From sequence record SRR20825019_1298: DNA of 64,000 nt; one strand, given 5' to 3'. The first letter of the stretch is position 1. The number at the start of each line of letters is the position of its first letter. The notes beneath the pieces are model-generated. The model was not told the origin of the DNA and did not search any database. It was given only the letters and a program-made list of their open reading frames with translations. Below, piece by piece: positions 28,910-41,103 of this stretch. A program made the position numbers and the translations under genes.

Positions 28910-30517
28910 ATGGCAGTGTTAACTTCCGCCATTCGACCCGGCAGCCCGGATTTTGAAACCAACGCCGCTCACATGCAGGCTCAGGTTGACGATCTCAAAG
29001 AAAAAGTGGCCATCGCTTCACTTGGCGGACCAGAACGCTCGCGGGAAAAACATCTCTCCCGTGGCAAACTACTGCCAAGAGACAGAGTGAACACCCTACT
29101 TGACCCCGGCACACCGTTTTTGGAGCTATCCCAGCTCGCAGCCTACGGCATGTATGACGCGGATATCGCAGCCGCAGGTGTGATCACCGGCATTGGCGTA
29201 GTTGAAGGCGTTGAATGCATGATCGTCTGCAACGATGCGACGGTTAAAGGCGGCACTTATTATCCCGTAACGGTGAAAAAGCATCTGCGTGCGCAAGAAA
29301 TTGCCCGAGAGAATCGGCTGCCCTGCATCTATCTTGTTGATAGCGGCGGCGCGAACCTGCCCAATCAGGACGAAGTATTTCCGGACCGCGAGCACTTCGG
29401 GCGCATTTTCTATAACCAAGCCACCATGTCAGCCATGGGCATCCCACAGATTGCTGTGGTGATGGGAAGCTGCACAGCTGGTGGTGCGTATGTGCCTGCG
29501 ATGGCGGATGAAAGTATCATTGTGCAGAAACAAGGCACGATCTTCCTTGGTGGCCCGCCCCTTGTGAAAGCGGCAACTGGTGAAGTTGTATCAGCAGAAG
29601 ACTTGGGTGGCGGTGACGTTCACGCCCGCACGTCTGGTGTTGTGGATCATCTGGCCAAAGACGACTATCACGCCCTTGGTCTTGCGCGGCGTATTGTGGC
29701 TAACCTGAACCGCCAGAAGCAGGTTCCCGTCAAGCTGCGCGAAAGCAAAGCTCCCTTATACGATCCAAGCGAGGTTTACGGTGTTATCCCGAAAGATACC
29801 CGACAGCCTTATGACGTGCGCGATATCATCGCCCGCGTTGTCGACGGCAGCGAGTTTGACGAATTCAAGAAGCTCTACGGCGAAACCCTTGTATGCGGTT
29901 TTGCGCATATTCACGGCTTCCCGGTTGGCATTGTGGCCAACAACGGCGTGTTGTTTTCCGAAAGTGCACTTAAAGGGGCGCATTTTGTTGAGCTTTGCGC
30001 ACAGCGCGGCATCCCGCTGGTGTTCTTGCAAAATATCACCGGCTTCATGGTTGGGCAAAAGTACGAAAACGGCGGCATCGCGCGCGATGGTGCCAAGATG
30101 GTGACAGCCGTTGCCTGCGCGAACGTGCCCAAATTTACCATTCTGATCGGTGGTAGTTTCGGTGCCGGAAACTACGGCATGTGCGGCCGGGCCTACCAGC
30201 CTCGCTTCCTGTGGATGTGGCCAAATGCGCGCATCTCGGTTATGGGGGGTGAACAAGCGGCAGGGGTGCTCGCGACCGTCAAGCGTGACGGCATGGAAGC
30301 ACGCGGCGAGAGCTGGTCCGACGAAGACGAGGCTGCCTTCAAAGCGCCAATTCGCGATATGTATGAAGAACAGGGCCACCCCTATTACGCCAGCGCCCGC
30401 CTGTGGGATGACGGGGTGATTGACCCCGCAGACACCCGCCGGGTGCTTGGCCTTGCCATTTCAGCCACCATGAACGCACCGATCGAAGCGACGCGCTTCG
30501 GCGTCTTCCGGATGTAA
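28910..30517 (+). CDS. liuB: 3-methylcrotonyl-CoA carboxylase carboxyltransferase subunit (MccB)
   Basis: [47 protein letters not shown] 28910 after AGGAG. Confidence 0.93.
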   Translation: MAVLTSAIRPGSPDFETNAAHMQAQVDDLKEKVAIASLGGPERSREKHLSRGKLLPRDRVNTLLDPGTPFLELSQLAAYGMYDADIAAAGVITGIGVVEGVECMIVCNDATVKGGTYYPVTVKKHLRAQEIARENRLPCIYLVDSGGANLPNQDEVFPDREHFGRIFYNQATMSAMGIPQIAVVMGSCTAGGAYVPAMADESIIVQKQGTIFLGGPPLVKAATGEVVSAEDLGGGDVHARTSGVVDHLAKDDYHALGLARRIVANLNRQKQVPVKLRESKAPLYDPSEVYGVIPKDTRQPYDVRDIIARVVDGSEFDEFKKLYGETLVCGFAHIHGFPVGIVANNGVLFSESALKGAHFVELCAQRGIPLVFLQNITGFMVGQKYENGGIARDGAKMVTAVACANVPKFTILIGGSFGAGNYGMCGRAYQPRFLWMWPNARISVMGGEQAAGVLATVKRDGMEARGESWSDEDEAAFKAPIRDMYEEQGHPYYASARLWDDGVIDPADTRRVLGLAISATMNAPIEATRFGVFRM

Positions 30518-30528
30518 GGAGTATCACC

Positions 30529-31323
30529 ATGGTAGACACACTTATTACCAGCATTGATGATCGCGGCGTCGCTACTGTCACCCTTAACCGGGCCGATGTG
30601 CACAACGCATTCAACGACGACCTTATCTGGGAGCTGAACAACGCTTTTGGCAAGCTGGACAAGGACGAGAACATCCGGGCTATTGTGCTTACAGGCTCCG
30701 GCAAAAGCTTTTCTGCAGGCGCTGACCTCAACTGGATGAAAGCTGCCGCTTTATATTCAGAAAAGCAAAACATGGAAGACGCAATGCGCCTTTCAGATAT
30801 GCTCTCGACACTGAACTCCTGCTCCAAACCAACAATAGCTATAGTGAACGGCGCGACATTTGGTGGCGGTGTCGGCCTTGTATCCTGCTGCGATATTGCC
30901 ATCGCCGTCGAAGGGGCCAGGTTTGCCCTTTCAGAGGTTCGTCTGGGCCTCACACCCGCCACCATCTCACCCTATGTGGTTGCCGCAATTGGGGAGCGGG
31001 CTGCGCGGCGGTATTTCCTGACGGCAGAACGGTTTGATACTGAAGAGGCGCACCGTATCGGCCTTGTGCATGAAACCGCACCGTCGTTGCAGGACGCATT
31101 CAGCCTCGCCCACGTGATGATCAAGAACATCCTGGCAGGTGCCCCCGGCGCACAGCGTGACGCCAAACATCTGGTAGCTGATGTTGTCGGCAAGGAGATC
31201 ACCGTGGATCTGCGCACTGACACGGCGAAACGCATTGCCGCAAGACGCACCAGCGATGAGGGCCGCGAGGGCCTTGGCGCTTTCCTTGAGAAACGACAAC
31301 CAGCATGGAGTTTGGACGCATGA
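30529..31323 (+). CDS. liuC: Methylglutaconyl-CoA hydratase (crotonase fold)
   Basis: FSAGADLNWM, GGGVGLVSCCD, SEVRLGLTPATISPYV; lies between the MCC subunits. Confidence 0.88.
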   Translation: MVDTLITSIDDRGVATVTLNRADVHNAFNDDLIWELNNAFGKLDKDENIRAIVLTGSGKSFSAGADLNWMKAAALYSEKQNMEDAMRLSDMLSTLNSCSKPTIAIVNGATFGGGVGLVSCCDIAIAVEGARFALSEVRLGLTPATISPYVVAAIGERAARRYFLTAERFDTEEAHRIGLVHETAPSLQDAFSLAHVMIKNILAGAPGAQRDAKHLVADVVGKEITVDLRTDTAKRIAARRTSDEGREGLGAFLEKRQPAWSLDA

Positions 31324-33326
31324 GCAATCGTATCAAAAAACTCCTGATCGCTAACCGTGGCGAGATCGCTTGCCGCATCATTGGCACATGTGAACGACTG
31401 GGCATTAAAACCGTTGCCGTATATTCGGACGCGGACGCGAGCGCGCTGCATGTGGAAATGGCAGATGAAGCCGTGCATATCGGGCCGTCAAGCGCCTCAG
31501 AGAGCTATCTGCGCGCGGACAAGATACTGGCTGCTGTTAAACTTACTGGCGCTGATGCGGTGCATCCTGGTTATGGCTTCATGTCAGAAAACCCTGATTT
31601 TGCAGAAGCTTGCGCTGAAGACGGTATTATCTTTGTTGGCCCATCAGCACAGTCAATGCGAGCAATGGCGCTCAAAGGTGCAGCCAAAAAACTGATGACT
31701 GATGCTGGCGTGCCCGTAGTTCCGGGCTACCATGGCGAAGACCAGTCGCTTGCGACCCTACAGGCTGAGGCCGATAAGATCGGCTATCCAGTGCTCATTA
31801 AGGCCGTCGCCGGTGGTGGCGGCAAGGGTATGCGCAAGGTGTTCAAGGCGTCCGACCTGCCCGCAGCCATTGAGGCCGCAGCACGAGAAGGTAAAAACTC
31901 CTTCGGCAACCCCGAGCTACTCATTGAGAAATACATCCAGAAACCACGTCATATCGAGCTTCAGGTTTTTGGCGACAGCGACGGCCATGCAGTACACTTG
32001 ATGGAACGAGACTGCTCACTGCAGCGCCGCCACCAGAAAGTGGTTGAAGAAGCCCCTGCCCCCGGCATGAGCACCGAGATGCGCCGGGCCATGGGTGATG
32101 CTGCGGTCAAAGCAGCTGAAGCCATTAACTATCAAGGCGCTGGTACCGTTGAGTTTATCGTGGACGTGGAAAACGGGCTCGACAAAGCCCCCTTCTACTT
32201 CATGGAGATGAACACACGGCTGCAAGTGGAACATCCTGTAACCGAGATGATCACCGGCCAGGACCTTGTTGAGTGGCAAATTCGCGTCGCCGAAGGCAGA
32301 CCTCTGCCTTTGTCTCAGGACGAAATAGAAGTTTTGACCGATGGGCACGCCATTGAGGTACGGCTATATGCGGAAGACCCCTATAACGACTTCATGCCTT
32401 CTATCGGCACGCTCGGCATGTTCGACCCGTTTGCGGATGCCGGCCCCACAGGCCGCATAGACGCTGGCGTGCGTGCCGGGGACACGGTCTCAATCCATTA
32501 TGACCCGATGATCGCAAAACTGATCGCCTGGGGTGAAGACCGTGAACAGGCGATTGATGCGATTACAACGCTGGTTCGCGAAACCCCCGTCACCGGCCTT
32601 GCAACAAACCGGGATTTTCTGCTGCGCGCGCTTCAGGAGTCTGACTTCCGCAGCGGTGATGTTCATACAGGTTTTATTGAGAACCACAGCGACAGTCTGC
32701 TGACAGCCAACAAGCCAAACGCTCAGGACTATGCGGTCGCTGCTTTCGCGGTCGCTGCCAACCGGCGCAACCAAACTGATGGCACCGACCCATGGGCCAT
32801 TCCTGACGGCTTCCGGCTGAATTTGAATGCAAGCGAACTGCTTTGGTTCGACGGGGAGGAAGATGACCTGATCACCGTGACACTGTCCGGCAGCGACCGG
32901 TCTCTCACCGCAAGCCTCGGCGACCAGCGCACGAGCGCTGAAATCATCTCGTTTACCGGTAATGTGCTCACCCTCACTCTTGAAGGCAGGCGCGAGCGCT
33001 TGTTTGCAGAAGTCAGCGCTACTCACGTCACGCTCGTTCGCGGTGACGCAACACTCACGCTGCCCCGCCATGCGCGAGATGGCGGCAGTGATGACGATGC
33101 GGACGGCCCCGGCACTATCCTTTCTCCCATGCCCGGCAAGATCTTGGACGTAAAAGTTAAAGACGGCGATGTCGTCACCAAGGGCGCGCCCCTTATCGTC
33201 ATGGAAGCCATGAAAATGGAGCAGACAATCGCCGCACCACGCGACGGCGTTGTTGCCAACCTTAACCTCAGAGAAGGTGACCAGGTGACCGGCGGCGCTG
33301 TGCTCCTGACCATAGAAGACCAATAG
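31320..33326 (+). CDS. liuD: 3-methylcrotonyl-CoA carboxylase biotin carboxylase / biotin-carrier subunit (MccA)
   Basis: [31 protein letters not shown], biotin site EAMKME. Confidence 0.9.
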   Translation: MSNRIKKLLIANRGEIACRIIGTCERLGIKTVAVYSDADASALHVEMADEAVHIGPSSASESYLRADKILAAVKLTGADAVHPGYGFMSENPDFAEACAEDGIIFVGPSAQSMRAMALKGAAKKLMTDAGVPVVPGYHGEDQSLATLQAEADKIGYPVLIKAVAGGGGKGMRKVFKASDLPAAIEAAAREGKNSFGNPELLIEKYIQKPRHIELQVFGDSDGHAVHLMERDCSLQRRHQKVVEEAPAPGMSTEMRRAMGDAAVKAAEAINYQGAGTVEFIVDVENGLDKAPFYFMEMNTRLQVEHPVTEMITGQDLVEWQIRVAEGRPLPLSQDEIEVLTDGHAIEVRLYAEDPYNDFMPSIGTLGMFDPFADAGPTGRIDAGVRAGDTVSIHYDPMIAKLIAWGEDREQAIDAITTLVRETPVTGLATNRDFLLRALQESDFRSGDVHTGFIENHSDSLLTANKPNAQDYAVAAFAVAANRRNQTDGTDPWAIPDGFRLNLNASELLWFDGEEDDLITVTLSGSDRSLTASLGDQRTSAEIISFTGNVLTLTLEGRRERLFAEVSATHVTLVRGDATLTLPRHARDGGSDDDADGPGTILSPMPGKILDVKVKDGDVVTKGAPLIVMEAMKMEQTIAAPRDGVVANLNLREGDQVTGGAVLLTIEDQ

Positions 33327-33363
33327 AAAAGCCCACTACAGGACCCAAGAAGGACCCCTAATC

Positions 33364-34530
33364 ATGTTCGAGTTCCCACACCTCAAGTTTGGTCATGATG
33401 AAGAGATTGAAATGCTGCGCGAAACGATCGCACGCTTCGCGCGTGATGAGATTGCACCCCGCGCAGCCGAGATTGATGAAACCAACCTGTTCCCAAGTGA
33501 CCTGTGGGCAAAAATGGGTGATCTCGGCATTCTTGGCATGACAGCGCCGGAAGAGCACGGCGGGGCTGACATGGGGTATCTGGCCCACGTTGTTGCGATG
33601 GAAGAAATCAGCCGCGCATCTGCCAGTGTCGGCCTCAGCTACGGTGCCCACTCCAACCTGTGCGTAAACCAGCTCACCAAGAACGCAAACGACGAGCAAA
33701 AAGCGAAGTACCTGCCAAAGCTTATTTCAGGTGAGCATGTTGGTGCGCTGGCCATGTCTGAGCCAGGTGCGGGCTCCGACGTCGTATCGATGCGACTTCG
33801 GGCCGAAAAACGCAATGATGGTTTCATCCTAAATGGCAACAAGATGTGGATCACCAACGGCCCAGACGCCAACGTGCTGATGGTCTATGCCAAAACCGAC
33901 CCCGATGCGGGCCCTCGCGGCATTACGGCATTCATCATTGAGAAAGGCATGGAAGGTTTTTCAACTGCACAAAAGCTGGACAAGCTCGGCATGCGCGGCT
34001 CAAACACATGTGAACTGGTGTTTGAAGACTGTTTTGTGCCGTTTGAAAACATCGTTGGCGAAGAAGGCCGTGGTGTGAATGTGCTGATGTCCGGCCTTGA
34101 TTACGAACGCGTTGTGCTCTCGGGCGGTTCTCTCGGCATCATGCGCGCCTGTCTTGATACCGTGATTCCTTATGTGCATGAGCGCGAACAGTTCGGCCAA
34201 CCCATTGGCACATTCCAGCTGATGCAGGGAAAACTGGCCGATATGTATGCCATTTGGGGTGCCGCCCGCGCCTATGTATATGCCGTGGCTGCTGCTTGTG
34301 ACCGTGGTGAAACCACCCGCAAAGATGCTGCAGGCTGCATTCTCTTTGCTTCAGAAAAAGCCACATGGATGGCAGGAGAAGCCATTCAGGCACTCGGTGG
34401 TAACGGATATATCAACGAATATCCCACCGGCAGGCTATGGCGCGATGCAAAGCTCTATGAAATTGGCGCAGGCACTTCTGAAATTCGCCGCATGCTGATC
34501 GGGCGCGAGCTGTTTAACGAAACAGCCTGA
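33364..34530 (+). CDS. ivd: Isovaleryl-CoA dehydrogenase (LiuA)
   Basis: [37 protein letters not shown]. Confidence 0.95.
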   Translation: MFEFPHLKFGHDEEIEMLRETIARFARDEIAPRAAEIDETNLFPSDLWAKMGDLGILGMTAPEEHGGADMGYLAHVVAMEEISRASASVGLSYGAHSNLCVNQLTKNANDEQKAKYLPKLISGEHVGALAMSEPGAGSDVVSMRLRAEKRNDGFILNGNKMWITNGPDANVLMVYAKTDPDAGPRGITAFIIEKGMEGFSTAQKLDKLGMRGSNTCELVFEDCFVPFENIVGEEGRGVNVLMSGLDYERVVLSGGSLGIMRACLDTVIPYVHEREQFGQPIGTFQLMQGKLADMYAIWGAARAYVYAVAAACDRGETTRKDAAGCILFASEKATWMAGEAIQALGGNGYINEYPTGRLWRDAKLYEIGAGTSEIRRMLIGRELFNETA

Positions 34531-34770
34531 TCCGCCCCTCCTGAAGACAATGCTTCCGGTATGCCAACGGGTGCACCGGAAGCGCGCCCTTCATCGGCCA
34601 TCTTGTGTCAAACCCAGGCGCAGACCAGGCCACAATCATACCAAAGTCCCTTCCGTTGCATTGTAAGACGCTCTCGCGAAAGACCATCCCAAATTTGATC
34701 AAAGTGGTGCGTCAAAATCAACATCATGTGACTTTAATGCACCACCAAACCGAAAAGCCTGCGATTGCTT

Positions 34771-34838
34771 TTCAGAATGACTTGCAGCTAAACAGCCCGA
34801 ATGTTAGCTCGAAGCGGAAATTTGCAACTCATTCTTAA
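34771..34838. promoter_or_regulatory. Two inverted Fur-like boxes upstream of an iron-type TonB receptor
   Basis: AGAATGACTTGCA on + (34774-34786) and TTGCAACTCATTCTTAA (34822-34838; contains AGAATGAGTTGCA on -). Confidence 0.55.
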
Positions 34839-34853
34839 GTATCGGAGCAGTTC

Positions 34854-37070
34854 ATGCGCGCACGTTATCTTGGCGGAGCTTCCCTTTTCACTCTTGCGCT
34901 GGTAGCCCCGGCGACGGCCCATGCCGAAGCAGTGGAATATATCGATATCGAACGCATTCAGGTCGTTGGCGAACATGCCGAACGCGCAAAAATTCCCGGG
35001 GCGGCTACCCGCCTCAATGACGAGGACCTTGAGGTTTTCAAATACCAGGACATCCTGCGCACACTACGCCTCGTGCCTGGCGTTAATATCCAGGAAGAAG
35101 ACGGTTTCGGCCTACGCCCAAACATCGGCCTGCGCGGCTCCGGAGTGGACCGCTCAGCCAAAATTACCCTGATGGAAGACGGCGTACTGATCGCCCCCGC
35201 CCCCTATGCTGCGCCGGCAGCCTATTATTTCCCGACCGCCGCCCGCATGCAGGCTGTTGAGGTCCGCAAGGGGTCGGCGGCCGTGAAATTCGGCCCGCGC
35301 TCCGTAGGCGGTGCCATCAATCTCGTGAGTCGCTCAATCCCGGACGAATTTAGCGGCTTTGCCGATGCGCGCATTGGCGAAGACAACCTCTTTTCCACAC
35401 ACGGCAGCATTGGAGCGTCAGGCGAGAATGTTGGCGGTATGGTGGAGTTTTTCAGTTCCTCAAGCGACGGCTTCAAAGCGCTGCCGGGTGGCGAAAACAC
35501 TGGCTTCGAGATTGAGGATTACCTTGGCAAATTCCGCATCAAAACGGATGAAGATGCCGAAATCCAGCAGTCGCTCACCATCAAACTCTCGAAAACCGAC
35601 AATGACTCGGACGAGACATATCTTGGTCTTACCGACAGTGATTTTGAAGCTGATGCATACCAGCGATACGCCGCAAGCGCGCTTGATCATATGGACACAA
35701 ACCACGAGCAGATCCAACTCACTCACCAGATAAAAATCGGCGATGTCGAGATCGTTACCACAGCGTACAAAAATAGCTTCGAGCGCGACTGGTTCAAGTT
35801 CAACGACCTGCGTGCAACGACAGCAAGCTGCAACAACACAAGCGGTGCCTTTGTGCTCGCCAATGAAGACATCTGCGCGACCGAACTGGCGTGGCTCAAG
35901 GGCGAAGAAGACAGTCCAGAAGGCGCGATCCGCATCCGTCATAACGCTCGCGCCTATGAGGCCAAGGGCATCCAGTCGCTTGTGGCCTTCCCGTTCACGA
36001 CCGGTTCTGCGGAACACGACCTCGAGTTTTCCGTGAGATATCACGAGGATTCAGAAGACCGGCTGCAGAATGACGAAACTTTCACCATGACCAGCGGAGA
36101 ACTGGTTTTCTCGACCGAGACCGCACTGGGTTCTGCAGGCAACCGCCTTGTTGAAGCTGAGGCTTGGGCTTTCTTCGCGCAAGACACCATCACACTCGGC
36201 AAATGGACCATCGTTCCCGGCATCCGCTTCGAGAGCATTCATCTGAACCGCACCGACTGGGCCGCCACCGATCCGAACCGCGCTGGCACGGCGACGATAA
36301 GGCCCGAAACCAAAGTGGATGCTGTGGTTCCGGGTGTGGGCGTAAGTTACGCGCTGAATGACAACCTGACCCTGACGGGGGGTGTATTCAAGGGCTTCAA
36401 CCCGCCCGGTGCAGGCAATGCAGACACCCGTGAAGAAAAAAGCCTTAATATTGAGGCCGGTGCAATCTATGACAAAAACGGCTTCTACATCGAAGGCATT
36501 GCCTTCTTCTCGGACTATAGCAATATCCATGGCGACTGTACCGCCGCATCAGGCCAGCCAGGCGACTGCGAGATCGGCGACCAGTTCAACGGTGGCAAGG
36601 CTCGCATCTTTGGCCTTGAAGCAATGGCCGGATACACGGTGATGTTGGATGGTGGCTGGAACCTGCCCGTGAACGCCAACTATACCTTTACTGACGCAGA
36701 GTTTCGCACAAGCTTTGATGACGAGTTCTGGGGCGGTGTAGTTCGCGGTGATGCCTTCCCTTACCTCTCACGTCACCAGTTTACGGTGAGCGCAGGCCTC
36801 CAGAACGAAGTGTTCAGCGCAACCTTTCAGGTTAATTATGTCTCCGCCGCGCGCACAGAAGCGGGTTCGGGCAACATCCCGGAAGCAAGCCGTGTCGATG
36901 GCCGCATTGTCGCTGACCTTGCCGCGCATTATCGCCTTACGGAAAACCTTGAACTGTTTGCAAGCGTGGACAATCTGTTTGATGAAACATATTCGGTCGC
37001 GCGCCGCCCAATGGGCCTTCGCCCCGGCAAACCGCGCACAATTATCGGCGGGGCGAAATTCACATTCTAA
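34854..37070 (+). CDS. TonB-dependent receptor, FecA-like iron/metal family
   Basis: EEDGFGLRPNIGLRG, LMEDGV..APAPY..PAAYYFP, VGGAINL, C-terminal Phe. Confidence 0.9.
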   Translation: MRARYLGGASLFTLALVAPATAHAEAVEYIDIERIQVVGEHAERAKIPGAATRLNDEDLEVFKYQDILRTLRLVPGVNIQEEDGFGLRPNIGLRGSGVDRSAKITLMEDGVLIAPAPYAAPAAYYFPTAARMQAVEVRKGSAAVKFGPRSVGGAINLVSRSIPDEFSGFADARIGEDNLFSTHGSIGASGENVGGMVEFFSSSSDGFKALPGGENTGFEIEDYLGKFRIKTDEDAEIQQSLTIKLSKTDNDSDETYLGLTDSDFEADAYQRYAASALDHMDTNHEQIQLTHQIKIGDVEIVTTAYKNSFERDWFKFNDLRATTASCNNTSGAFVLANEDICATELAWLKGEEDSPEGAIRIRHNARAYEAKGIQSLVAFPFTTGSAEHDLEFSVRYHEDSEDRLQNDETFTMTSGELVFSTETALGSAGNRLVEAEAWAFFAQDTITLGKWTIVPGIRFESIHLNRTDWAATDPNRAGTATIRPETKVDAVVPGVGVSYALNDNLTLTGGVFKGFNPPGAGNADTREEKSLNIEAGAIYDKNGFYIEGIAFFSDYSNIHGDCTAASGQPGDCEIGDQFNGGKARIFGLEAMAGYTVMLDGGWNLPVNANYTFTDAEFRTSFDDEFWGGVVRGDAFPYLSRHQFTVSAGLQNEVFSATFQVNYVSAARTEAGSGNIPEASRVDGRIVADLAAHYRLTENLELFASVDNLFDETYSVARRPMGLRPGKPRTIIGGAKFTF

Positions 37071-37095
37071 CCAAGCCTGAAAATCCAGCCTTAAG

Positions 37096-37131
37096 AACCG
37101 GGGAACGACTGTCGTTTCCCGGTTTTATTTT
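37096..37131 (+). terminator. Rho-independent terminator
   Basis: AACCGGGGAACGAC / GTCGTTTCCCGGTT followed by TTATTTT. Confidence 0.75.
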
Positions 37132-37535
37132 ATCTGGACGGTCTATATTGGCATGATATTCGAGAATCAGCAGAAACGCTTTTTCCAGAAAGATCTAGCG
37201 AGTATTTCTTCAACAATCGCTGAAGCTTTTCTCCTCACATTTCAAAAATTGCAACTGAGCCCGACACTACGACCGCATGATTGCGAAAAGCAGCCATGTA
37301 TGAAAGCTTATTTCATACAGACTCTGCCATAATGAACGCGAACCAAAGTGGCGGTTCACAAGGGATTGAGGGAATATAGCTGACTACGGCTGGTCCTTGG
37401 ACGCAAGATCACGTTATAGTTGCGCCCATACAGGCGGCAACCGCTAAACCAAAGCATAAAATCCACCTGGACACGCCGCAGAGAAAAAGATTGATTTCTT
37501 CGGAAAATAAGTCAGTATTACTGACATATTTTTAA

Positions 37536-38789
<1,254 letters not shown>

Positions 38790-38791
38790 CC

Positions 38792-39805
38792 ATGCCGCGT
38801 ATGTCAATGATCGAAGCCATCCGCGATGCGATGGATGTGAAACTTGGCCAGGATGACGACGTCGTCGTATACGGCGAAGATATCGGCTATTTTGGCGGTG
38901 TTTTCCGCTGTACGGCTGGCCTGCAGAAGAAATATGGCACCAACCGGGTGTTCGATAGCCCCATTAACGAAAGTGGTATCGTTGGTACTGCAATCGGCAT
39001 GGGCGCATACGGTCTCCGCCCTTGCGTGGAAATCCAGTTCGCAGATTACATCTATCCGGCATATGACCAGATCGTCTCTGAGGCCGCACGGTTACGGTAT
39101 CGTTCCAACAAAGACTTTACCTGCCCAATCACCATCCGCACGCCCTGTGGCGGCGGCATCTTTGGTGGGCAAACCCATAGCCAAAGCCCGGAATCGCTGT
39201 TTACGCACGTATCTGGCGTAAAAACGGTCATTCCGTCAAATCCATACGACGCCAAGGGGCTGCTTATATCTGCTATTGAGGATGACGACCCCGTGATCTT
39301 CTTTGAGCCAAAGCGCCTTTATAATGGGCCGTTTGATGGCCACCATGACCGACCTGCAAGCAACTGGTCCAAGCATCCGCTCGGCGAAGTGCCTGAAGGG
39401 CATTATACCGTGCCGATTGGCAAGGCGTCCGTCTTCCGTGAAGGCGCAGATGTTACAATCCTGACCTACGGCACGATGGTTTATGTTGCCGAGGCTGCGG
39501 TAAAAGAGACCGGCATTGATGCTGAGATCGTGGATCTACGCACCCTGCTCCCGCTTGATATTGATACTATCCTCGACTCTGTGAAAAAGAACGGACGCTG
39601 CATGGTCCTTCATGAAGCAACTCTTACGTCTGGTTTTGGTGCTGAGTTGGCTGCACAGGTGCAGGAACGCTGCTTCTACCATCTGGAGGCACCTGTGGTG
39701 CGCGTTGCAGGTTGGGACACACCATACCCTCACGCGCAGGAATGGGACTATTTCCCTGGTCCCGCACGTGTTGGTAAAGAACTTAAAGCAATGATGGAGG
39801 CTTGA
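38792..39805 (+). CDS. bkdA2: Branched-chain 2-oxoacid dehydrogenase E1 beta
   Basis: GGVFRCT, EIQFADY, GGQTHSQSPE. Confidence 0.95.
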   Translation: MPRMSMIEAIRDAMDVKLGQDDDVVVYGEDIGYFGGVFRCTAGLQKKYGTNRVFDSPINESGIVGTAIGMGAYGLRPCVEIQFADYIYPAYDQIVSEAARLRYRSNKDFTCPITIRTPCGGGIFGGQTHSQSPESLFTHVSGVKTVIPSNPYDAKGLLISAIEDDDPVIFFEPKRLYNGPFDGHHDRPASNWSKHPLGEVPEGHYTVPIGKASVFREGADVTILTYGTMVYVAEAAVKETGIDAEIVDLRTLLPLDIDTILDSVKKNGRCMVLHEATLTSGFGAELAAQVQERCFYHLEAPVVRVAGWDTPYPHAQEWDYFPGPARVGKELKAMMEA

Positions 39806-39807
39806 TC

Positions 39808-41103
39808 ATGGGTGTTTATAAAATACGCATGCCCGATGTTGGCGAAGGCATCACCGAAGCCGAGATCGTTGAGTGGAATGTAAAAGTGGGGGACGTTGTC
39901 AAAGAAGACGACGTACTCGCCGGGGTCATGACGGACAAAGCTACGGTTGAGATCCCTTCTCCGGTTGACGGGACCATTAAAGAGCTTCTTGGTGAAATCG
40001 GCGAGATGACTGCGGTTGGTACCGTTATTATCGCGCTTGAGGTTGAAGGGGAAGGCAACAACATCCCCGACACGCCAAAGGCGGAAGAAAAAGCTGAAGA
40101 AACACCGGCTGACGACACCAAGGCCGAAGCGCCAGCTCCAGCCCCTGCGCCCAAACCTGAACCCAAGAAAACGCCGGTGCCAAAACCCGCTACAGTAAAA
40201 CGCCCTAGTGGTGCACCGCGAGCCGAAGGCGAAAGGCCGCTCGCATCACCCGCCGTGCGCAAGCGAGCAATGGATGCCGGCATCAAGTTGCAGTATGTTC
40301 ACGGCACGGGCCCTGCGGGGCGCATCAGCCATGAAGATCTGGACGCCTATATCTCTGGCGAAAGTGCGCCAGCAGTTGGTGGGGCAAGCCGTCGTCCGAA
40401 CACGGATGTTGAAGAAATTCGTGTTATTGGCCTGCGCCGCAAAATTGCAGAACGTATGCAGGACGCAAAGCGCCGCATCCCACACATCACATACGTTGAA
40501 GAAGTTGATGTGACAGAGCTTGAAAGCCTGCGTGAGCACATGAATGCGAGCAAACGTGATGATCAGCCCAAGCTGACCATCCTGCCATTTATCATGCTTG
40601 CGATGGTGAAAGCCCTCAAGGACTATCCCAAGCTTAGCTCGCACTATGACGATGACGCAGATGTGCTCTATCAATACGGCGCGGCGCATATTGGCATGGC
40701 AGCCCAAACGCCGGGGGGCCTGATGGTCCCCGTAATCAAGCATGCAGAGGCTCTTGATGTTTGGGGCTTGGCTGAGGAAGCTAAGCGGCTTGCTGGTGCG
40801 GCGCGCGATGGTTCAATCAAGCGCGAGGAACTCACGGGTTCCACGATCACACTGTCAAGCCTTGGGCGCATGGGCGGCATCGTTTCCACGCCGGTCATCA
40901 ACAGTCCTGAAGTTGCCATTGTGGGTGTCAACAAGGTCGCAGTCCGCCCTGTGTTCCAGGACGGCGGTTTTGTGCCTCGCAAGATCATGAACCTCTCGTC
41001 CTCCTTCGATCACCGTATTGTTGATGGTTGGGACGCAGCCGAGTTCATTCAGCGTATCCGCGCATTGATGGAAAACCCCGCCACACTGTTTATGGAGGCG
41101 TAG
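39808..41103 (+). CDS. bkdB: Branched-chain 2-oxoacid dehydrogenase E2 (dihydrolipoyl acyltransferase)
   Basis: Lipoyl motif TDKATVE, Ala/Pro-rich linker, ASPAVR binding domain, DHRIVDG. Confidence 0.95.
   Translation: MGVYKIRMPDVGEGITEAEIVEWNVKVGDVVKEDDVLAGVMTDKATVEIPSPVDGTIKELLGEIGEMTAVGTVIIALEVEGEGNNIPDTPKAEEKAEETPADDTKAEAPAPAPAPKPEPKKTPVPKPATVKRPSGAPRAEGERPLASPAVRKRAMDAGIKLQYVHGTGPAGRISHEDLDAYISGESAPAVGGASRRPNTDVEEIRVIGLRRKIAERMQDAKRRIPHITYVEEVDVTELESLREHMNASKRDDQPKLTILPFIMLAMVKALKDYPKLSSHYDDDADVLYQYGAAHIGMAAQTPGGLMVPVIKHAEALDVWGLAEEAKRLAGAARDGSIKREELTGSTITLSSLGRMGGIVSTPVINSPEVAIVGVNKVAVRPVFQDGGFVPRKIMNLSSSFDHRIVDGWDAAEFIQRIRALMENPATLFMEA

Noticed and set aside
37147-37163. Sigma-54 promoter (TGGCATG...) upstream of bkd
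   Set aside because: The -12 position reads TCGA, without the conserved GC.
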